Origin: Eledone cirrhosa
Lineage: Eukaryota
Direction: 5' to 3'
Assembly: GCA_964016885.1 (NCBI GenBank)
Contig: OZ024740.1
Coordinates: 308,574,001 to 308,638,000 of the forward strand
Length of the DNA: 64,000 nt
Of the stretch, positions 50,524-63,960 are shown piece by piece. Below the pieces are notes generated by a model. The model was given only the letters and a program-made list of their open reading frames with translations, was not told the origin of the DNA and ran no database searches. A program made the translations under genes and the position numbers. The number at the start of each line of letters is the position of its first letter. Within the stretch, counting starts at the first letter, position 1.

Positions 50524-50880
50524 TCTTCTTTCACCCATAAATTCCTGAGAGGGTTGTGAGGGCAGTGCTCAAACACTCCTTCCAGTGGGTCCTGTCAGGA
50601 GCAACCGTCTCTAACTGATCCAGCTGGATCCCCAAGCGTGACCAGCCAAGTTCATGGATGTTATCCAACCATGTTGCTCAAGGTCTACCCCTGGGTCTCC
50701 TACCTGTTGGTTTCGCTTGTAAAATCTGTCCAGCGATTCTTTCCCTAGACATTCTAACCACATACCCATAGTATCGGAGCTGTGATCTCTCAATCTTTTT
50801 CTTTTCTCCTTGTTTGGATCCCCAAGCAAGACCAGCCAAGCTCATCGATGACAGCTAACCATCTTGATCAGAGTCTATCC
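50524..50880 (-). mobile_element. RTE-clade LINE 3' fragment (family R2) plus a short re-duplicated piece
   Basis: Reverse complement homologous to 11850-12125; GGATCCCCAAGC..GACCAGCCAAG occurs twice. Confidence 0.8.
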
Positions 50881-51522
50881 GCAGACTGGAAAAGGTGCAT
50901 ACAATTCCAAGTAAATTTGTGCAGCTTTCCAAAGGTACTGTGCTCAACCTTTTGAATAAGGAGCATTGAACTGAAGATAATAGTGAACTTTAATGCCAAC
51001 CTCAGTGGCCTGCCATGATTATAGAGTATGAATAGTAAAGTGTGAATTTCAGTGGGATGTTATTGATCATTTCTGATCCTTAACTCAAATGATTACTACA
51101 GATTAAGATTTTGGCCAAGGTGGTTAGAAAGAGGTTAGCACTTTTTGTCTGTATCATGATTAGGAAAACACAAATTTCTGTGACCCCTGGTAGATCTATT
51201 CATGAGAACCTTTTCCTCATGTGATAAATTTTAAGGGAGGTGGATCACAAATTTGGCTTTGGTGGGGTTATGATCAATTTATATTCATCAAAAGCTTTCA
51301 CTAGGGTTAACCACTATTACTTGGCAACAGTCCTCAGAGCAGCTGTTTTAGTCTCATTTTGAGAGGCTGGATCACAAGACATTTTATCTGAAGCTCAAAT
51401 GACTCCACTAATTCACTGCCAGATGTAGTATTTTGTTGTTTATTGTTTAGAATATATACTGTGTGAATTGTCTTGTTATATTGTGTAGAATATTCTGTGT
51501 GTGAGTTGTGTTCTTGTATTTA

Positions 51523-51751
51523 CCCTTTCATAGCCATATTTCTAATGAAATACACCAAATTTCAATTAATTGATAGACAATTTGGAGGGATTTATTAAAA
51601 TTGCTAATTTCATTATTTAGATGATATCAATAACTTGGTTTAACAAAAGATTCTTGTATAAAATTACAATGGAAGATTCTAATTTAAATAAAATGAGTGG
51701 CTTTATTTCATAGAACAAGAGGCAGGTTTGGATGGGTTGGTATCAAAAAGG
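51523..51751. mobile_element. piggyBac-type MITE (family P1), degenerate
   Basis: Collinear with 1581-1836 (TTCTAATGAAA, TTCTTGTATAAAA, TTGGTATCAAAA.GG). Confidence 0.6.
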
Positions 51752-51831
51752 TTGAATACTGATTGTGCAGAATAATTAATGTGAAACTTTTGTCATTGAA
51801 TGTGTTCTGTACATGGACTAATATTTGAGAA

Positions 51832-52012
51832 TGGCAGTATCGGTAGAGGGTCGGACGCCATGCTTTCCAGCATAGTTACGTCCCTTTACGGTCTGAGTTC
51901 AAATCCCGCCGAGGTTGACTTTGCCTTTCATCCTTACGGGGTCGATAAAATAAAGAACCAGTAATGCACTGGATAATTGCTGGCCTTGTGCCTAAAGAAG
52001 AAACAGTTATTA
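51832..52012 (+). mobile_element. SINE family A, young copy
   Basis: Near-consensus with CpGs retained. Confidence 0.9.
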
Positions 52013-52140
52013 GTCTTAATATAGTACTCATGTTTTGTCCATGTTCCTTTTTATTTTATCATACTCAATGAATGAATTATTATTAGTGATATATTTACTC
52101 CCATACTTGCTCATTTCCATTTTAGTATCCTTGCTATATA

Positions 52141-52562
52141 CTGTCAGATCTCGAATAATCGTTGTCTCCCCCCACCCCGCTTACTAATTTTTCAGAATAT
52201 TTTCAACCCCTCTGTTCTTAATCCAACCCCCGCCACTTGCTTATTAAATTTTGCTAATCTATCTCTGGCAAAATTTTATTTTAAGTGGTAGCATTCCTAC
52301 GACAATTAATTTTTATTATACATTAAAAAGACATTATACTTGACAAAGTACATTACTAGAAATCTCACGTTATAAAATAAATAGGATGGGATGGGTTGGA
52401 GTCACAATATGTAAACTATACGACTAATTCTGGTTTTTAAAAAGATCAATAGAGACAACGTAGAAAAATTACCAATTTTCCACTCACCTACCAGCTTTTT
52501 CCAACTCTCTGCTTATTTCAACCCTCCCTGCTTATTCCACCCTAGGTTGGATGGGATCAAGG
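52141..52562. mobile_element. TA-flanked MITE (family T1)
   Basis: Collinear with 61545-61942; left end TA|CTGTCAGATCTCGAATAAT. Confidence 0.7.
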
Positions 52563-52859
52563 TATCTATTAAAGTCTTTTGATTATATGGGTAGGGGTAG
52601 TGTTTGGTTTGATCCTCTTTCAGTGTTTGTAGCCATATCATTTAGTTATATATTAGGTTTGATGCATATTTCCACCACTTATTTTTATGTGGAAGAACCT
52701 GTATTTTGCTAAATAAATATATCTATCTACCCCATGGATGTGGATGTAATGGATAGATTCTCTTTGTGAAGAAGATTGACCGATTGGAAATAATATAGTC
52801 GATTGTTACTTTATATTAATGGCAAAGCCTGCAGATTGTTAGCCTCTTATTTCATTGTT

Positions 52860-52929
<70 letters not shown>

Positions 52930-55384
52930 ATTATATATATATATATATTGAGGAGGGAGGCTAGGCATTGATCCTGCACAGCAAAGATTTGACCTTTGGT
53001 TTCTCTCTTTTATCTTTGTCCAGCCTTACTGGATACTAACAATGAAAATGTCTTTCTTTCCATTTTTTCTTTTGTATATTTTTTACTTCTGCCTTTATTT
53101 CTTACTTTTCTATTATTAATTTGTCTAGATTTAATGGTGTTTGATGCCTTTATTGTAGCTAATAGATGTGATAATGGTATTGTGGTTAGTGTGAGGCCTT
53201 TGTAGAGATTACAATATGGGTTATTCGGAGAATAGATTAGTGGATGGAGGGGGGGGGGGGGCAGCTAACTGCAAGAAGCAGTGGCCACTACAGTAGTAAT
53301 ACATAAAGCAAAGACTGGAGGCAGCATATCTGTAGGCTAGAGGTTAAAGTGTAGTTCTTGTTGTTAGTTGTTGTGAAGTTCACTTTCATTGTCAGCCTTG
53401 CTCAAGTAGACCTATGACACTGAGGTAACTGGTTCAACATCTGAGGGTATCTCACAAATCCTGAACCCAAAATGTTCCTTGTATTTATCTTATATTGCTA
53501 CTGTTGGTTGTATTACTGCTGTTGTTGTTGTTTTCATTGCTCTTGGTTTTGTTGATGTTCAATCTCAAGTCAGCCCTGATTTAGTAGGCCTATGATTAAC
53601 ATCATTTTGGCTATGACCATTCTGTTTATTTTTTTGACAGTGTAGCCTAGTCTACAACATCTAAGGTGTTCATTTTTTAAAAGGGAGTAGTGTGAATTTC
53701 AGTTAGATATAGCTGCTATCTCTAGTAGGTTGAGTGACTACATACAGGCTCTCTCTTGATACGTTGCTGATATCTAGTCTCAATTCAGTCCCGATCCACC
53801 AGACATATGACTAAAGATATTCTAGCTGTAACCATACCCCCTTTTATTCAGTATATCTAAACCCACATTATGTAATGTGCCTTACCTTTGTAAGACAATT
53901 GAATGTGATTTAAGGGAGATTTCACTGCTATTTCTAGCAGGTCAAGTCACCATGTTGAGATTTGCTTGTTGTGCAGGGATTGAGGTCCCAGGTAGGACTG
54001 ACATAATCCATGGTGGATCTGACATATTGTTGTTTGTAGACCAGCGTTGTTTAAATGTGTTAATTGTGAGTTACTCTAAGTATGCTTCTGTATTGTTTTA
54101 CTTTCTAAATTATAGCTTTTGTGTATGCTGTAACAGTTGTTGAAGTGGGTTCTTTACTAATACATTTGTGTCTTCTGTGAAAGTGTTATACATATATTGG
54201 TGAGTGCAGGGACTTATGTTGTTATTAGTGGGTTTATGTTGTTTTGTTATCTATGTCATACCACTGGTTTGTGGTATGGCATCCTTTCTGAATAAAAGAA
54301 CTATTCTCTCTCTCTCTCTCTCTGTGGCATAAGCATCGGAAGAGCAGTGTATACACTAAGAATCTCTGTGATGGAGGTGATGGTGGCAACCAGAGCATCT
54401 TTCTCTATATTTTTATTGCTGTAGAAGTTGAAGTGGTTAAAATTAATGCTTGGAATAATGGTGGTGTGTGATGGTCTAGTAATATAGAATCTGATGGCAG
54501 TAACTGTAATTGTTGCTGTTTAGTCCCCAAGTCTGCCTTGAGTGTGCAGACTTTGATCAAAGGTGTTGAAGTGATGATCATCTTGTCTTTGTTTAATTTA
54601 TTGTATATCTAGAAATTCATTATTCTTGATGTGATACACATACGGTAGTTCCTTTTCTTTTTAAGATGGTAAGAGGTGAGATTTGAGGGAGATTTGACTG
54701 CTATTTCTGGCTGATCAAACTACCACATAGAGACTTCCTCATTGGCTCATAGTGACTATAGTGTTTATTAGTAGTGGTAGTGGTATTAGTTAAAGTGTAG
54801 CTGTTGTTGTTTAGGCCCAGGCCATTCCTGATCAAACAAGCTCATAGTCAAAGATTTTTCAGCTGCAACCAACCTGTTTTTTCCCCCAGACATTGGGTAG
54901 CCGAGACCACATTATCCAATGTGCTCTTGTGTTTTCTAAAAAAGTATGTTGTAATTTGATGGAGATTTGGCTACTATTTCTTGCAGATTGAACATAGAAT
55001 CTCCCTTATTAGCTTGTGGTGGTCATATTGGTTGTGGTAGTGGTGGTGATGGTTGCATTAGTAGCATTAGTAGTTTACATTACAGAACTACCATCACCTC
55101 TGCTATTCTGCACTGCTGCTGTAATGTGCACTGACTGCAACAGTGTAGATATTACAACTTGTGACACAATCAATACTGACTTTATAGTTTTACATGCTGG
55201 AAAATAGTAGCGTACTGCACCCTCATTTATGGCTATTGTTGTTGGGGCTGTAGTTGTCGGGGTGTTAAGTTTGATGCTGTGATTAATGCCTGTTATTGCT
55301 GTTTGTTGTGTGGTCCAAGATCAACCCTTATTAAGTAAACCTATGATCAAAAGTCTTCCAGCTACAACAATCACATCTTTTTAA

Positions 55385-55787
55385 CCCATTTGATACCGAC
55401 CTGCTGAAAACCACTTCTGGTTCCATGGAACAAAACTATCCATTTAAAGGGTTCCTATTTAAATTAAAATTTTCCAGCATAATTTTATTTAAGAACCTTT
55501 TTTTATGTTACAAATACAGTACAATTCCGTTATAACGAAATTGAAAGGGTATAAAAAAAAATTTGTTGTAACGAAAAATTCTATATAGTGAGATCGACTG
55601 AAAAAAATCGAGTGTTTGTTTGTTATTACTTCAGGAATTGAAATAATTTTGTTGCAATGGTATTCGTTATAACAGAATTTTACTTGTACCATCTTAATAA
55701 TTGAAATAGTTTTAGTAAATCACTCCAAATTTTTCATTGATTAATTCAGATACAGTATATTTTATCAGAAATATGAAATCGAAAGGG
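55385..55787. mobile_element. piggyBac-type MITE (family P1, reversed) inserted in a family C copy
   Basis: TTAA|CCCATTTGATACC ... ATCGAAAGGG|TTAA. Confidence 0.75.
55517..55686. mobile_element. Tc1/mariner (pogo/Tigger-like) MITE
   Basis: TA|CAGTACAATTCCGTTATAACGAA ... TTCGTTATAACAGAATTTTACTTG|TA. Confidence 0.8.
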
Positions 55788-57563
55788 TTAATGGTATCTA
55801 GGTCTAGATTATGTATACTGTGTCTTTAATTGTTTCAGATGGTTAGGTGTGATTTGAGGGCTATTTGGTTGTTATTTCTAGCAGATTGAGTGGCATGTAG
55901 AAGCTCCTTCATTGGCCCTGTGACTATAATTATTGTTGGTGACTGGGGTTCATGTTGGTATTGTTCATATAGTATTATTTTGTTGATGTTCTTGTATTTT
56001 TTGTTGTTGTCACAGTTCTTAACAGTGTTGTTATACAAGTATACTTATAGTATATTTATAGTACTTACTGTTATTATCATGGCTGTTGTTAAGACTCATT
56101 GTTTATACACCCTCTTTTCCATGCTGGCATGGAAAGTATTTTATGGCCGGGTGCTTTTCTTAATACCAACCTTTTAAGTTACCTCTTATGACATGCAGGG
56201 TTACAGTGTACCTAAACTTTTGGGAGGATGGGTGGTGTTGATTTAAACAAAAAATCAGTTCTAACTTAAAAGAAAAATCTTAATAACATCTCTAAAATTA
56301 CCTGATTTGTTATTTAATTGCAATATTTATATTTATTCTAAAAAGCAGGATACACAGATAATTATTCTTTTAAGTGACTCAAGTTATTATTGTAACTGTT
56401 CATCAGGAAAACCCTGACACTTGATGTATCTAGTCTTACTATGGTAGTGACTGTACAACCCTAAGTTAGACTTAATCAAACACACCTATACTCAAAGGTA
56501 TTCAAGACATGACCATCCTGCCTTTATTTGTTTCTTTTACAGATAAAACTATTATACTACATTTCCTTAGTATAATTTGAAGGAGATTTGGCTGTTATCT
56601 TTTAGCAATTCAAGGGACTGCATAGAGACACCCTTGTTGTACCTGCTTATTTACTATAGTGTCTTTACTTTGTTCAAGTGTAACGGTGAATATTCAATGT
56701 CACTATTGTTGTCATTGCCTTTTTATGTTAATATTTGCAGTAAATAACTGCTTATCTCAATTCGGTACTTTCTTATCTGTGAGTCTATCTACAGCTCAGA
56801 AATCTGCTCCAACAGGGCTGGCCAGGGATAGACAACAACAACAGCCAATTCCTTAACTATTTTACAGTCTTAGTTCACATCACCCACTGACCTTGGTGGA
56901 CTAGAGTAAAAAAAAAAAAGCATCCATGCTCAGAAACATATGGGAATACCGTCACCAGATTTAATCTCATAACCTATTCATAAGCATTAATTCCCTCATT
57001 TTGACTCTATCTTACATCACTCAATAGACCATACTTCCAACTGTCACATACTATATCACCATTTCTTTCATTTATCATCATTATCAGCAGCAATTTCAGT
57101 GTCATTTTTTTGTTCATGTTAGACCAACCTACTGTCATTTTACCTATATGTAAAGCCAAGCATCCTAAGATCTGATGTCATTATATTTTCTTATGTCTTT
57201 TATGTGAGACAATTGCTTGACTGAAATCTAAACTTTGGGATTTACTTATATCCATGTTTCTATCAATCATTTCCATCTATTGCTTCATTTAATTAGAGCT
57301 AGACTCCAGTTTTTTTAATGCCAGAATATGCTATCACTGTAAATGAGTGTGAGCCATTTCATCTGATATCTTCAACCACATCATCATCAACATCATCTTT
57401 AAATCTGCTTTTCCATGCACATGTAAATTATATGGGACATTTTGAGGCAAATGTTTGACCAAATGCTTTTCCTAATGTCAATACTCTCAGCACTTTTAGT
57501 CACCTCTTACAACTTGGTGGGCTATGGTATCCCTTGACTGAAACTAGAATATACATAGTGAGC

Positions 57564-57599
<36 letters not shown>

Positions 57600-59279
57600 C
57601 AGTATGGCCTCAGCCTGTCAGCTGGAACATATAATAGAGCAATATATATATATATATATATATACAGAGAGAGAGAGATATGTATCTTTCTAGTAGGGTT
57701 GTCAAAGCTTAGGAAGATAAGCCTGATTAAGCAGAAGGTAAGTATTGTAGGTACATAGATGATATTTTAATGTACGTGAATAACAAAGAATAGATGAGCT
57801 GCAAGAAAAGTTGGATATAAGAGGAATCAGAGTACAGGAGAAAAGATTGCTTTGCAATATATAACCTGAGAAGGAAAGAAGTGAAGCCATATGCCAATGG
57901 AAATTGTTGATATAGTGCTTTTGTTGTAGCATTGGCACGAAGAAGGAGATTTTAAGAGACTTTGGGGCTATTTTGGGTTAATTGTCAGGAACGAAAAGGT
58001 GGTAGAAGGGTCTTCTGCAGGTTGTGGTTTTAATTTGCTGGTTTCAAATGAGAGGCATACGTGACTAATGTCATGTATGTAATGACTGAATTGCAACATG
58101 GCTTGGCATGATAGGTTATTGATAGAAGACTAGCTGGAAGAAGGGTGCATTGATGTCATAGACAGATGCAAACAGTTAGTGGCTCTGACTTCAGCAACTT
58201 CCAAGTAGGGGCACATGCAGACTTCAACAATTTTCAGTAAGCAGCATTGGATTTATATGTATGTGGTTTGGGTAAATGGATATTCAGTATTTATTGTATG
58301 CCTTTGTTTGTTTGTTAGGTGATATACAGAATTGAGTAGAGTTTATTGTTACATATTCAATCTATATATAAATTTCTGCAATTCTGCCACAGCACGTAAT
58401 GAGAGAAGGGTAGTTTGACTACCTCATACTACTCCTCTCTCTTTACATCTGCTGCCTGTGTGAATGTATGTGTGTGTGAAAGGAAGGAAGGGGATGGTGA
58501 AAAAAACTACGCTGTGTGTGTGTTTGTGTAAATTGGATGATGAATGTGTTTGTGTGAATGTATGTTTGTGTAAATGTGTGAGTGTGTATTTTTGTAAGTG
58601 TGTCTGTGTTTGTGTGTTTATATTTATAAACTCAAACATATAAATGTATGCATATACACATGCACACACATATACACATATGCATTAGTGTATGGAAAAA
58701 ATTTTTAGTTTATTATATTTTTCTAATTTCTATTTATGCTCACTAGTTTCATTCACTCTGTGTTGACCTGCAGTCAGATTCACCTTTAGTTGCATTGTTG
58801 GTTTCTTGTATTTTTTACTGGCAAGGCAAGGCATATGGCTTCACTTCTTTCCTTCGTGGGTTTGTCAGGTTGTTAAGTGGTTATAAATTTCAAATAAATT
58901 GTTGGATGTTTAAAGGGTCTCAACTGGGTTGAGTTAGTCCAGGTTCTGGTAGTTGAGCATAGGGTTACTAGCAGGGAAAACAGACTTTAAATGATGATGA
59001 TATACTTGATTTTACTGATGTCATTTTTCATAGACATTTGGAGGTTGAGTGGTGTTGAATTTTTTTAAGTTCAGTTCTAACAATATAAAAGAAAAATCTC
59101 AATAATGTCACTACAATTGCCTGATTAGTTATTTAATTGCAATATTTATATTTATTTATTTTTATGCATGTTTCCTGTTGGGAGCATCTGTAGATTGGTA
59201 GGACACAACTTCAAATGTAACTGACAGAATATCAATAAGTTCAATTGATTTATTGTTGTTTAGCTGGGTGATGAATGTT

Positions 59280-59630
59280 GAGCAACAAAGAAGGTTTGAA
59301 AGAACGGAAATGGGAATAGTTCAATAGAGGAGTGGAGAATCACTGAGAGAGAGAAAGAACAAGCAATGAATTACTGAAGATAATGGGAATAAAGCCAGTG
59401 ATGATTGTTGTGAAGAGAAAGGGAATGAAATGGCTGGGTCATGTGGTGAGGAATGATGGGTGAGAAGATTGATGGAAATGAATGTGAAAAGAAGTAGAGG
59501 AATGGGAAAACCAAGAAAGACATGTCTGAAGATGATGGAAGAGGAATGGAAAACAAAGTGGGTTAGTGAGAGGAAAGTAGAAGATAGGGTAAAATAGAGA
59601 AGTATGTCATGGGGTCCATAAGGTTAACTC
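59280..59630 (+). mobile_element. Old RTE-clade 3' fragment
   Basis: VKRKGMKWLGHVVR...SRGMGKPRKT. Confidence 0.5.
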
Positions 59631-59639
59631 CTGCTTTAA

Positions 59640-59855
59640 CCCTTTAGCATTTACTCTGTATATACAATTGTATTTTTGTAGTAAAGGCTTTATCTCACAT
59701 AATTATCTCAGATAATATCAAATCTATGAGATTTTGATATTATTCATTTTGAGAACAATACCTCAACATAAGTATGAGCAGCCAGTTATGGCCAGTTTGA
59801 ACAGAAAGAGGCAATAAAATTCTGGCTGGATACAGCTAGTTTAAATTCTAATGGG
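59640..59855. mobile_element. piggyBac-type MITE (family P2)
   Basis: TTAA|CCCTTTAGCATTTA ... TAAATTCTAATGGG|TTAA; collinear with 43012-43232. Confidence 0.85.
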
Positions 59856-59957
59856 TTAATGGTGGAAATGGCCTTAAAATACTTATTAGCTCTAGGGCAG
59901 ATTTAATGTAGAAGATCAATGTTTGAAATTATGAAAGCCATGATCAAGTCACTATGT

Positions 59958-60312
59958 ATAGTGCTGGTGCTACAATAAAATGTATTCAGTGCACTCTATA
60001 ACATGGCAGTACTGGTTCCACAATAAAATGCACACAGTGCACTATAAAGTGGTAGTGCTGGTGCAATAATAAAATGCACTCAGTACATTCTATTGCTAAT
60101 GCCACAATACATTCTATTGCTAGTGCCGCAATAAAATGCGCCCTGTACACTCTGTAAAGTGGTTGGTGTTAGGAAATGGATCCAATCATAGAAACCATAC
60201 CAAAATATGGAACAGGTGAGCAAGATGTGGTTCTCTGAGATGTCTATTCTCAAACGGTGATGACCTTTCCAACCCATACTAGCATAAAAGATATGACGAT
60301 GATGAGGATGAT
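59958..60312 (+). mobile_element. Family B element with internal tandem units of about 40 bp
   Basis: About four repeats of GGTGC..CAATAAAATGCAC.CAGT.CACT, then GTAAAGTGGTTGGTGTTAGGAA...CAACCCATACTAGCAT...(GAT)n. Confidence 0.7.
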
Positions 60313-60825
60313 AGTGTGTGCGTTGTTGCATTTCTAGTGAAAATATTATAAACAAAGCTGCAACATCGATTAAACTACAAATATATAACATTAATACCAC
60401 AGTACACACAAAATATAGAAAATAACATATAATTGTTTCTACTTTAGGCACATAATATCATATGATTTGTGCATATAAATGAGTGTAGGTGTGTGTATGG
60501 CAATTTACCAACATCAGTCTCATCCAACTGAAAATAAAAATCAGACATTAGGATATTTATGATGATGATGATTTAAACTATGTACAGGGGAGCATGTGGA
60601 ATATACCACTTGGGGGTTCACAGCTATTATTTAAAGAGATAATCTTGAATATAAGATAAACATTTAAATATGAGATATGAGCAGAGATCAGACAACAGAA
60701 GATATGAGTACAATGATAGACATTGATACTCTTAACCCAAAAGGGAGTAATGATTTTTTTTTTTTTTTTTTTTTTTTTTGCAGTTGTACAGAGCCACTCT
60801 TGTTGGAACTCTACTACTGATCATA

Positions 60826-61075
60826 AACTCTGGAGGGATGGAAAATAAAGTTTACCCCAGGGGCATTTGAACTCTAGAGGGACGAAAAATGTTTACCCCA
60901 GTGGCATTTGAACTCTGGAGGGACGAAAAATAAGTTTACCTCAGTGGCATTTGAACTCTGGAGAGATGAAAAATAAAGTTTACCCCAGTGGCATTTGAAC
61001 TCAGCACATAAAAGGACATGACTAAATCACTGCAAAGCATATATTTTAGTTCTGCACTCGACTGTTTTTGCCAAG
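60826..61075 (-). mobile_element. Old SINE family A-like copy with a 4x tandem B-box unit
   Basis: TTTGAACTC at 60866, 60907, 60950 and 60994 (period 41-44 bp). Confidence 0.7.
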
Positions 61076-61544
61076 AACTCCATCTCAATAATGATGTGAC
61101 TGTGACACTGGTGGTGGTGGTTGGTGGTTGCTGGTTAGTGGTGGTATATTTTTATCAACCACAAGATCTCATACATACATACTGTAAATATTAATTCATG
61201 TGGCTTAAAAATATGTGAAGATGAACAAGATAAAGTTATACAAAAACCAGGGGATGGGTAAGGACATAATACTGTGAGATGTGTTAAAAATTTGGTAAAA
61301 ACAGACTATATAAATATATAAAAGACAAGATATAATTTGATTTAATTTAAAAATATGAAAAATATTTAGTGTTACCCATTTACTGACAGGTGAGAACCTA
61401 CTAGCTAGGTTAGGTCAAAGTGCCCTTCTATCACTTACTGAATTGCTATGCCATAAGGTACTTATGTGTCTACAAATGATTGGGAGAGAGCACAATCATA
61501 CCCAGTATTTGACTGGTATATTTTGTTTAATAATTCAGTATGTA

Positions 61545-61942
61545 CTCTTAGGTCTCGAATAATTGTCCCCCCCCCCCCCCCCCCCATGCGCTTATTACTT
61601 TTTCAGATTTTTCCAATTCCTCCCCCCACCCACCACCACTTATTAAATTTTGCTAAACTATCTCCAATGAAATTTTATTTTACGATGTAGCATTCCTGTC
61701 ATAATGAATTTTCTTTATACATTAAAAAACACTATACATGACAAAAAAAAAGAACATTACAAGAAATCACATATGTTATAAAATAAATAGGATGGGCCAG
61801 GATCTCAGGGTCTTAATATGTAAACTAAACGACTAATTCTGTTTTTTTTTTTTTAAATCAACAGAGACAACCTAGAAAAATTACCGATTTTCCACCCCTG
61901 CACTTATCCCCCCCCCCCTCCCCATTGTTTGGGACCCGAGAG
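61545..61942. mobile_element. TA-flanked MITE (family T1), complete; Tc1/mariner-type by TSD
   Basis: TA|CTCTTAGGTCTCGAATAAT ... ATTGTTTGGGACCCGAGAG|TA, an imperfect TIR of about 19 bp; three copies in the window. Confidence 0.8.
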
Positions 61943-62682
61943 TAGTTGAATTTATAATGTAAATGTAAAGGAATGTGACTAAATACCACAAGGCATTTTT
62001 CTCAACACTCTGTTATTGCTACAACAAACTAAATCAAAGAAAGACCCACATTAATAGTTCTGTTTGAAATTTCCAAGTGAATCAGAAATTTGTATATGTG
62101 GCTTATTAATTAAATACAGTAGTCAAGGAGCAGGATAGATTATGGTGTGGGTGTAGGGTATGGATAGGGTAGATATGATAAGGATGTAGTGGGGGTTGGA
62201 TATGGTAGGTTTGGATAAGTTGAAATGGTGAAGGCGGAGGGAGGATTGATATGGTGTTATGTGGTTAGGCTAAATATGGGTTGGTGGGAGAGATTAGATA
62301 TAGTCGTGTGTACAGGGCATGTGGGTAGAGGGAAAGGTATGTATAGAAGTGGGTGGGTTGTAGGGAGAAGATGGGCAGAAGCTGACTGTTCTGATGTTAA
62401 AATGGTTTATTGTTATCAAAAGAAGCCAGTCTGATGCCTTTACCAGCATCCCAAGAGGGAATATTGCCATGTTGGTTCTGTTCCTCAATGTCTTCAGACA
62501 GCAGCCAGAATTTGGATAATGATGTTTATAGTGAGCAGCTTATCAACTGTAACAATTCCTACAATAACAATTACAGTTTTACTGACAATAACAAGAATAA
62601 CTACAGTGATACTGTACAATGGCAATAATAACAAACAACTATAATGACTACAACAACAGTAGCAACAATAACAATAATAATA

Positions 62683-62888
62683 ATGGTTTCTGATTTAAGC
62701 ACAAGGTCAGCAATTTTGGGGAAGGGGAAAGTTGATTAAATCAACCCCAGTGCGTTACTGGTACTTTATTTTATTGACTCCATAAGGATGAAAGGCAAAG
62801 CTAACCTTGGTGAGATTTGAACTCAGAGCATAAAGGGCCATAACTATGCCGCAAAGCATTGTCCGATGCTCTGCTGACACTGCCAATC
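62683..62888 (-). mobile_element. SINE family A, long subfamily
   Basis: Family A tail, core and head following an (AAT)n tract. Confidence 0.85.
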
Positions 62889-63436
62889 AAAAATAATAAT
62901 GAAAACATATTAAAGCTGATATACATGTGAAGTACAAGATAAAAAGTGGCTGGTAAGAATGTATATGCAAGAGAGAGTGAGTGAGTGAGTGTGTGAGAAA
63001 GAGCGAGAGAGAGAAAGAGAGAGTGAGTGTGTGAGAAAGAGTGCGTGAGTGTGTGAGAAAGAGTGAGAAATTACTTTCATGAGGAATATTGTGTATCTTC
63101 AAATTATAAATTCCATTTCGGTAACTTCAATCATTTGTTAAATTTATTCAATATATTTTGTAGTGTAATTAAAGTACCGTATATATTTGTGTATATACAT
63201 TTAAAATGTCATATTGATCTTTAATACTTTGTGGTTGTTTCTAATTAGACCTTGGAATTTCTGTAGGGTCAGCTAGTAACAACTATAGCAATAACAACAA
63301 CAGAATTAAAACTAACAATGGTAATAACAACAGAATTGACAATATCAACAGGAACAATTACAAGAGTAACAGCTGCGACATAAGAGGAGCTGTATCAGAA
63401 TAACTCCATTAACTAGAAGTACACGAAAAAAAAAAA

Positions 63437-63960
63437 CCAATGAGAGAGCCTCTATGTGGTCGCTCAACCTGCTGGAGATATGTGTATGTATGTATGCATG
63501 TATGTATGGTCCTATAATTATGAGAGAGTCGTAGGGCCGCTGTATATCAATAGTGTTACTTGGGCATTTTAAACCAGGCAGAGCCCATTCCTCTCCAGGT
63601 CTGAGTACAACAGATTTCTTCCAGAGAGAGGAAGAATCGACCCCCAGTACTAGACTGGTACTTTATTTATCGACCTTGAAAGGATGAAAGGGAAAGTTAA
63701 CCCCAGCAGGATTTGAACTCAAAGAGCAGAGAGCCGGAACGAATGCCATAAAGCATTCTATCCGATGTTCTAAGAACTCTGCCAATTGGCTGCTGGAGAT
63801 AGCAGCCAATTTTCCATCAGATCATGCCATATTGTCTAAAAAAATGGAAGGAATCAGTGAATAATGTATTATATACATTTAATCCAAATAACAGATGGAA
63901 TGGATATGGTTTGAATGCATTTAACCTCAAGTCTACTGTTAAACAACAAGAATAAGAAAA
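63437..63960 (+). mobile_element. Family C retroposon interrupted by a SINE
   Basis: CCAATGAGAGAGCCTCTATGTGGTCGCTCAACCTGCTGGAGATA resumes at 63790 with GCAGCCAAT...TAAACAACAA. Confidence 0.65.
63481..63789 (-). mobile_element. SINE with family A head and core but a different 3' tail ending in (CATA)n
   Basis: 12-bp TSD CTGCTGGAGATA at 63469-63480 and 63790-63801. Confidence 0.75.

Larger units (their letters stand above)
53520..56640 (-). mobile_element. Cluster of six or more family C (CAA)n-tailed retroposons (about 53520-53755, 53770-53965, 54510-54748, 54802-55012, 55295-55915, 56455-56640)
   Basis: Repeated layout (GTT)n...AGCCCTGAT..AG.AG.CCTATGATCAAAG...GATTTGAGGGAGATTTG.CTGCTATTTCTAGCAG...CATAGAG. 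Confidence 0.7.

Noticed and set aside
60754-60830. Poly-T plus CAG, a strong acceptor-like site for a further ASAP exon
   Set aside because: Downstream frames show no similarity to the expected next BAR segment and run into a SINE.
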